Source: the human T2T-CHM13v2.0 reference genome, Homo sapiens. From it: a stretch of DNA of 64,000 bases. Shown piece by piece: positions 51,309-64,000 of this stretch. The notes beneath the pieces were generated by a model that worked only from the letters and a program-made list of their open reading frames with translations, ran no database searches and was not told where the DNA came from. Where the stretch lies: the NCBI RefSeq assembly GCF_009914755.1, contig NC_060939.1, one strand, 5' to 3'. Position 1 is the first letter of the stretch. Each line of letters starts with the position of its first letter. Position numbers and translations under genes: made by a program.

Positions 51309-51350
51309 GAGAGAGAGAGAGAGAGAGTGTGTGTGTGTGTGTGTGTGTGT
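51309..51350 (+). repeat. (GA)9(GT)12 microsatellite
   Basis: Read directly. Confidence 0.95.
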
Positions 51351-52227
51351 AAACATTACCTGAAGTCTCTTTTGTTTATTCTTTTGGGGCCAATTCTTAG
51401 CATTTAATAATAACCAACTTTTATTGAGTACTTACTATGTGCCATGTCCTTTACTAAATACTTGGAATTTATTATCTCATTTAATTATTAGTTGGACTTA
51501 AAGAGTTGTTAACGTCATAGAGTTAGTCTGTAGTGCAGCCAGGACTCTTCTCCACTTCTAACTGCACCCCACATTGTCTCCTTCCCCAGTGGTCATTACT
51601 GTGCTAAATGATCTAGAAAAAGGACTACAAAGATAAATAAGATTTATTCAGTCTTTACTCTGAAAACAATTATATTAGGAGAAAAACACTAAACAGATAA
51701 TTATAACATGATGTGGTGAGCCACCAAATATCATTGAATTGCAAGAAAGAAAAATTTTAATGCTACCTAGGAGATCCAGTAAACAAAGGAGATGATATTA
51801 CATCTGAGTCTTGAAAGAGAAAAGGACAAAAGGAATTTCCAGGCTAAGGGGAAAGCATATATAAAGGTCTGAAAAAGAGAACGACTTTGGTATATTAAAA
51901 CAGTGGCAAATACGTCAGTCTGGCTAGAATACAGAGTGAAAAATAAAAAGAGGGAAGTATAGTATCTGCATACTTTCTTGGTTAGGGAAAACAGAAAGAC
52001 GACACTCAGAGGTACCATAGTGGTAGTTTAGATTCCCCTATTGGACACTAAGTGGTGCTGTTAGCTCAGGATAGCTTGGTTGCTGAAGGCTAGGTAATGA
52101 CCCTCATTTAGAAGGGATATCGTGTATTTATCTACACATACCTGGTATTTAAAGGTTGTGGGTTCTTACCTTGGCAAGAGTGTGCCATACAATGGTTCAT
52201 CAACTAGCCATGTCCTCTCTGTCTTAG

Positions 52228-52335
52228 AACATTCCAATTCCAACCCTGAGGGAATTTGCAAAGGCTCTGGAGACCAACACTCACGTGAAGAAGTTCAGCC
52301 TGGCCGCAACTCGCAGCAATGACCCTGTGGCCATT
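52228..52335 (+). CDS. TMOD2: TMOD2 exon 7, [36 protein letters not shown]
   Basis: ctctgtcttAG acceptor, ATT|GTGAGT donor, 108 nt, phase 0/0. Confidence 0.96.
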
Positions 52336-52708
52336 GTGAGTAAAATTCTTAGAAATATAACATGAAGTTATTTAATTCACTGGAAACTCTATTTACTTTG
52401 TTTCATTAGCTAACAATTTTTTAGATCTGGAAAACTTACCTTCTACACAGTTAGTGAGCAAAATTATAGTTACAATGCAATAGTTAAACTTCAGAACTGA
52501 ACTGTCAGATGCTTTAAGTTATCTGGAATTTTGTCAGCATTACAGTTTTCAGAGAAAGAAACAAGATAAGTTTGGCATTTAACTAACTGAATATTTAGAG
52601 TTTGCTCTGTGCTTAGGATACATTTTCTAAAACTTTCACATCTACAGTCATTGGATATCATGACCCTAAAGCCCTTCAGGAATTAGGCATCTATAGAAAT
52701 ATTGAAGT

Positions 52709-52998
<290 letters not shown>

Positions 52999-53112
52999 AA
53001 AAATTAAAGTATATTTTAATCTTTGAAATGGATTAATATGTGTCTAAAATATCTTAGACAACAAAATCAGGAAACATTCTGTGTTTGACACCAGAATGTG
53101 AAAAAAATAGCC

Positions 53113-53298
53113 AGCCAGGTGTGGTAACGTACACCTCTGGTCCCAGCGACTTAGGAGGCTGAGGTGAGACAATTGCATGAGCCCAGGAGTTCTAGGCTGC
53201 AGTGAGCTATGATTGCACCTCTGCACTCCAGTCTGGGCAATAGAACGAGATGATAGATAGATAGATAGATAGATAGATAGGTAGATAGATAGATAGAT
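53113..53298 (+). mobile_element. Alu monomer with (GATA)n STR tail (~53253-53298)
   Basis: TSD aaaaatagcca; GATA run with one GGTA interruption. Confidence 0.85.
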
Positions 53299-54636
53299 AA
53301 AAGAAAAATAGCCAACTAAAAGTTCTATTCTTCCTATGCATTTTAGATAATTTAGCCAAATAAGGAAGCCCCTTGTCCCAGGTAAATACTTATACCATCA
53401 CTATCATGATTTTTATTCTTCCTATCAATAGCCAATTAGTAACTCCTCCTATTTATAGCTACTTTATTGAGGAATTAGTAAATGCCAGCACTGATCTTCG
53501 TGCTTTCCATGCAGCATCTCATCCATTTGTCACTGTAATACTATGAGGTATATACTATTATTAGTTCCAACTTTAACAAATGAGAAAACAGCTTCAGAGA
53601 GGTTAAGTAAGCTATCCAAGGTAATACAACCAGTAAATGGCAAAGCCAGAATTCACTACCAAGTCTTTCTGGTTCTACAGCCAGGAAGCTTAACCATCAA
53701 GCTAGGCTAGATTTACACACAATGCCTGGCTGTCATACATTTGCTAAAATATGTCACTTATCAAAAGCCTGGGCATCAGCCTGTTGTTCTATGGCATTTA
53801 ATGCTCAGCCCTTGAATCGAGTTAGAAAAACGCAAGTTGTCTGGACTTGATGGTTTGATTTAAAGTAACATGTCTTTTGGAAGATCTAAAATAGCATTTA
53901 AAACAGATGACATGAAAGTAATGACTACCTATCATGGTCCTGGCACAGAATAGATGTTTGACAAGTACTTGTTAAATAAATGAATGATCATAACCTCCAA
54001 CCTCTAGCAATAGAGAATATTTCTATGGTGATCACAGCAAACTTGAAATAAGCACTCATGTAAAAGAGGAACCAGGCTACAAAAATCAATGTTTTTACCA
54101 GCAGTTATTACATTTCTAAATTCGTAGCTTGAAAGCAGTTTTGAATTTGAAACCTATCATTAAAATAGAAAGATGGCAGAACTAGATAATTGGTAAGGTG
54201 AAATGAGCAGTTTAAGGATTCTTATCTCTGTATGATTTTGTACTATTTCTGCCTTTTAGTAGATTTTTTTCAGTAAAGCAAAAATATTCACAATATACTT
54301 TGTATGTAAATGAATAAAGGGATAAAGAAATGATTTGTCACTTCTGTTTAATATATTATTTCGAGTAAAATTGCAGGGCTGGGGTTAGTTCACAATCAAC
54401 TCTCAACACTACTGGTAAATAATCTAACTCCTATTCTAGACCAAATAAATAACTTACTAAGTGGATTAAATAAATTCCAAATATAATAATCACTTTGATG
54501 CTGTTTTTAATGCAACAACTATGTGTTGAATGCTTGTCATGTGAAAAGCACTACACTAGGAGCTGGATTTTTTGGGTAACACTTTTCAGGCAAATTTGAC
54601 CTTTTGTAACTTGCTTTTTAAAGAATACTTTATTTG

Positions 54637-55450
<814 letters not shown>

Positions 55451-57396
55451 TTAAATTTAACATTTAATTTAAACATTTTTAATTTATTTGGTATAGTCAT
55501 AGTATAGTCTATAAAAAATAGAGGGACCACAGGAAGATATACATATATATACATATATATATTCATTTATATGGATAGAGTTTTCAAAATATGATTTTGC
55601 TACTGTTTTCTGAAGAGCATCACTCCTAATAGAAATTTTTCCCTTGTCCTTCATTCCAATTCTAAGATGTGGTACACCACCCTCCTCCCCTCCTCACTCC
55701 CCGAATCCCCCCTTCTCAAGGGTAAGCTGAGAAGAGAGAGGCAGAACCAAGGGAAAGAAGTGATGATTTTAGGAAAGGTTTTCTTCGTTGTCACTGTGCC
55801 TGGGTGATGTTTTATTGGGAGTCCTGGCAGAAAGTCTCCATTTTTAGCATTCAAACATGAGATGAAAAGGTGTTTCTTGGTGGATGACATTTGTGGACCT
55901 CAAACCTTATTCTGCTTTCATGTTATAAATTATTATTCTGATATATTTTTAGAATCAGTGAAGCCCTGTGCAATTGGCATCCGTTTAGACATGTCCCCAT
56001 TTAAGGCTGTTTGGCATTCAATCAGAAAACATATTTTGGGGTTTGTGGTGAACACAAGCCATTTTACAGATGAGGCAACTGAGACTCAAAGAAGTTGAAT
56101 GCTGAACTAAGATTACACCGCATGTGGCCAAGCCAGGATGCAAATGTAAGTCACCTGTGATTGAGTTTAGTTTACTGTGCCCCAAGCACTTTCATATAAC
56201 CACATCTATAGCAACTGAGCATTCAAATGGAATTTGTCCCCACTGAATGCCAATGAGAGGGCCCAAATATATTTAAAATGCTACTGTTATTTACAATGAT
56301 GCCACATAAAAATCAAGAGTTTAGGACAGCACTGTTTATTGGAAATAAAACGTGAGAGGTCACTTCCAAGATGGCCAAATAGGAACAGCTCTAGTCTACA
56401 GCTCCCAGTGAGATCGACGCAGAAGATGGGTGTTTCTGCATTTCCAACTGAGGTATCTGGTTCATCTCACTGGGACTGGTTGGACAGTGGGTGCAGCCCA
56501 TGGAGGGTGAGCTGAAGCAGGGCGGGGCATCACCTCACCCGGGAAGGGGTTGGGGTTGGGGGATTTCCCTTTCCTAGCCAAGAGAAGCCATGAGTGACTG
56601 TATCTGGAGGAGCAGTAAACTCCTGCCCAAATACCGCGCTTTTTCCACAGTCTTCACAACCAGCGGACCAGGAGATTCCCTCCTGTGCCTGGCTTGGCAG
56701 GTCCCACGCCCACAGAGCCTTCCTTGCTCACTGCTAGCACAGCAGTCTGAGATCCACCTGGGATGCTAGAGCTTGGCGGGGGGAGGGGCATCTGCCATTG
56801 CTGAGGCTTGAGTTGGCATTTCTATGCTCACAGTGTAAACAAAGCGGCATGGAAGCTCGAACTGGGCGGGGCCCACCACAGCTCAGGAAGGCCTACTGCC
56901 TCTCTAGATTCCACCTCTGGGGGCAGGGCATATCTGAACAAAAGGCAGCAGACAGCTTCTCCAGACTTAAATGTCCCTGCCTGACAGCTCTGAAGAGAGC
57001 AGTGCTTCTCCCAGCATGGCGTTCGAGCTCCGATAACGGACAGACTGCCTCTGCAAGTGGGTCCCTGACCCCCGTGTAGCCTGACTGGGAGACACCTCCC
57101 AGTAGGGGCCGACAGACACCTCATACAGGTGGGTGTCCCTCTGGGACAAAGCTTCCAGAGGAGGGATCAGACAGCAATATTTGCTCTTCTGCAGCCTCTG
57201 CTGGTGATACCCAGGAAAACAGGGTCTGGAGTGGACCTCCAGCAAACTCCAGCAGACGTGCAGCTGAGAGGCCTGTCTGTTAGAAGGAAAACTAACAGAA
57301 CGGAATAGCATCAACATCAACAGTAAGCACATCCACACCAAAACCCCATCCATAGGTCACCAACATCAAAGACCAAAGGTAGCTAAAACCACAAAG

Positions 57397-58421
57397 ACGG
57401 GGAGAAACCAGAGCAGAAAGGCGGAAAATTCCCAAAACCAGAACGCCTCTTCTCCAAAGGAACACAACTGCTCACCAGCAAGGGAACAAAACTGGACAGA
57501 GAATGAGTTTGACGAGTTGACAGAAGTAGGCTTCAGAAGGTCGGTAATAACAAACTTCTCTGAGCAAAAGGAGCATGTTCTAATCCATTGCAAGGAAGCT
57601 AAAAAGGTTAGACGAATGGCTAAATAGAATAACCAGTGTAGAGAAGAGCTTAAATAACCTGATGGAGCTGAAAACCACAGTACAAGCACTTTGTAACTGA
57701 AAACCACAGTACAAGAACTTCGTAAAGCATACACAAGCTTCAATAGCCGATTTGATCAAGTGGAAGAAAGGATATCAGTGATTGAAGTTCAAATTAATGG
57801 AGTACAGTCAGAGGACAAGATTAGAGAAAGAAAAGTGAAAAGAAACGAACAAAGCCTCCAAGAAATATGGGACTATGTGAAAAGACCAAATCTACGTTTG
57901 ATTGGTGTACCTGAAAGTGACAGGAAGAATGGAACCAAGTTAGAAAATACTCTTCAGGATATTATCCAAGAGAACTTCTGTAACCTAGCAAGGCAGGCCA
58001 ATTTTCAAATTCAGGAAATACAGAGAACACCACAAAGATACTCCTCGAGAAGAGCAACCCCAAGACACATAATTGTCAGATTCACCAAGGTTGAAATGAA
58101 GGAAAAAATGCTAAGGGCAGCCAGAGAGAAAGGTTGGGTTAAGCACAAAGGGAAGTCCATCAGACTAACAGCGGATCTCTCAAGCCAGAAGAGTGGGGGC
58201 CAATATTCAACATTCTTAAAGAAAAGAATTTTCAACCCAGAATTTCATATCCAGCCAAACTAAGCTTCATAAGTGGAGGAGAAATAAAATCCTTTACAGA
58301 CAAGCAAATGCTAAGATATTTTGTCACCACCAGACCTGCCTTACAAGAGCTCCTGAAGGAAGCACTAAACATGGATAGGAACAACCAGTACCAGCCACTG
58401 CAAAAACATGCCAAATTGTAA
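57397..58421 (+). pseudogene. L1 ORF1p remnant
   Basis: Start ATG mutated to ACG; fragments such as EQSLQEIWDYVKRPNLRLIGVPE; frameshifts; 29-bp tandem duplication at 57668-57725. Confidence 0.9.
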
Positions 58422-58486
58422 AGACCGTCAACGCTATGAAGAAACTACATCAATTAATGGCAGCAAAATAACCAGCTAGCATCATA

Positions 58487-62314
<3,828 letters not shown>

Positions 62315-62541
62315 ACAATGAGAACACATGGACACAGGGAGGGGAATATCACACACCGGGGCCTGTGGAGGGTGGGGTGCTAGGGGAGGGATAACATTAG
62401 GAGAAATACCTAATGTAGGTGACAGGTTGATGGGTGCAGCAAACCACCATGGCACGTGTATACCTATGTAACACAACTGCGCATTCTGCACATGTAACCC
62501 AGAACTTAAAGTATAAAAAATAAAAAGAAATAAAACATGAG

Positions 62542-62997
62542 CCACAAATGGAAGCCCCATGTATAAATTTAAATTATTTAGTAGCCACATTAAAAAAAAT
62601 ACATAGTAGACAAAATTAATTTTAGTAGTAAATAGATGCTCCTTGACTTACAATGGGGTTATGTCCAGATAAAACTACTGTAAATTGAAAATCTTTATCT
62701 GAACATAGCCTCATCATAAGTCAAGGAGCATACTGAATAAGTATCACTTTCACATCATGGTAAATTCCAAAAATGGAAAGTGGAACCATCGTAAGTCAGG
62801 GACTCTCTGTATTGTATTTAAACCAATATATCCAAAATGTAATTTGAAAATATAATGAGGTATTTTGCATTCTTTTTTTCATACTACATCTTTGAAATCC
62901 AGTGTGTTTTATGTTTGCAGCACATTTCAAATCAGACTAACCAGTTTTCAAGGGCTCAGTAGCCACATTTCTCATGGCTACCATTTGGCCAGTGCAG
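62542..62997 (+). mobile_element. MER33-like hAT (5' piece at ~56326-56356) interrupted by a MER47/Tigger-like element (62633-62809)
   Basis: agtagccacattaaaaaa and ttcaagggctcagtagccacat...ggccagtgcag; Tigger-type TIRs gatgctccttgacttac / gtaagtcagggactctctgta. Confidence 0.65.
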
Positions 62998-63559
62998 AAA
63001 TTTGCATTTCCATACAATCCTATAAAGTACAGACAGCAAACCCTTCTCTTTAAAGATGTATTTCTACTCTACTTCAATTACATTTAAAACATCTAGTCTT
63101 TGTTTTACTAATGTTATTATTCCCAGCACATGTAATATGCTCAAATATTTGCTGAACTGAAGTGAACCTGGGCCTACAGCCCAGTATTGTGTTTGGCTGG
63201 CTCGCCCCTGTTTTGTTCAGCACAAGAAAGTGTTTTCTCAAGTTTAAAAGAAATTGGCAAGATCCTGGCAACTCGCCAGGAGGTCCTGCAACTTTCTGTA
63301 AAGGCCTAATTGCTCTGACATTTTGTTATTCTAATAATGATAGTAAATCCCAAAGCTTGTAGAGTCCAAAAGGAAAGTCCTGATGCATCCCTCTCTGATG
63401 ATCAGATTAAAATGTATAGATTTAATTTTAATCAAGGACCTAGCACAGAATAAATGCACTTTAATTTACATGGTATGCGATAGTGTAAATCCAAATTGTT
63501 GAGCTTTCTTTGCAGTGCAAGCAACTGCCTGACCAAGATACAGGATTATTCTTCTAGTC

Positions 63560-63777
63560 CAGTGGTTCTCAACCTAGGGCAATTTTGCCCTCCAGGGGAC
63601 AATAGGCAGCATCTGGAGATATTTCTGGTTGTCATGATGGGGAGGAGTGCTATTGACATCTAGTGAGTCTCAGAGGCCAGAGATACTACTAAATATCCTT
63701 CAATACACAGGACAGCCTCCCACAACAAAGAATTCTTTGGCCCCAAGTGTCAGTCATGCTGAGGTTAAATAACCCTG
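63560..63777 (+). mobile_element. MER20
   Basis: cagtggttctcaacc...gaggccagagatactactaaa...aaccctg. Confidence 0.88.
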
Positions 63778-63947
63778 TTCTCATCCAATATTGGGACTTC
63801 TCGTCTTCCTTCTTCCTGTCTTTTCCACTGTAAAAACAATTAAAATAGTTCAGAACTTTTTTGTTCTACTCCCCAGAAGCAATCACTATTAGCAGTTTGT
63901 TTTTCATTCTTCTGGTTGTTGTCTTTATGACTTTAATTAAAGTGGTT

Positions 63948-64000
63948 ACTGGCTCATGCCTGTAATCCCAGCACTTTGGGAGGCCGAGGCAGGAGGATCA
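63948..64000 (+). mobile_element. Alu 5' start (runs off window); positions 1-30 are the 3' end of another Alu
   Basis: tggctcatgcctgtaatcccagcactttgggagg. Confidence 0.85.

Noticed and set aside
56766-56798. L1 antisense ORF0
   Set aside because: ATG GCA GAT GCC CCT... reaches TAG after 10 codons

Overview
Human (or very closely related great-ape) genomic DNA from the LYSMD2/TMOD2 locus; from memory this is chr15q21. Minus strand: the first coding exon of LYSMD2 (6862-7134) in a CpG island. A second CpG island (~20.75-21.76 kb) holds the TMOD2 non-coding exon 1. It probably also holds a divergent alternative LYSMD2 first exon, with a ZNF143/THAP11-type motif between the two. Plus strand: TMOD2 (neuronal tropomodulin) coding exons 2-7 splice cleanly with GT-AG boundaries into codons 1-244; the remaining exons lie beyond the window. 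The rest is intron packed with Alu, L1, L2, MIR, LTR and DNA-transposon remnants, including a full-length decayed L1PA (56357-62526). I see no evidence for a new multi-gene system. The most unusual items are a 5x78-bp VNTR carrying an antisense Kozak-ATG repeat ORF, an internally deleted in-frame L1PA copy, an Alu flanked by a ~108-bp direct duplication, a chimeric Alu lacking a target-site duplication (TSD), and uORF-rich leaders in both genes. Repeat subfamily names come from recalled consensus sequences and repeat edges are approximate.
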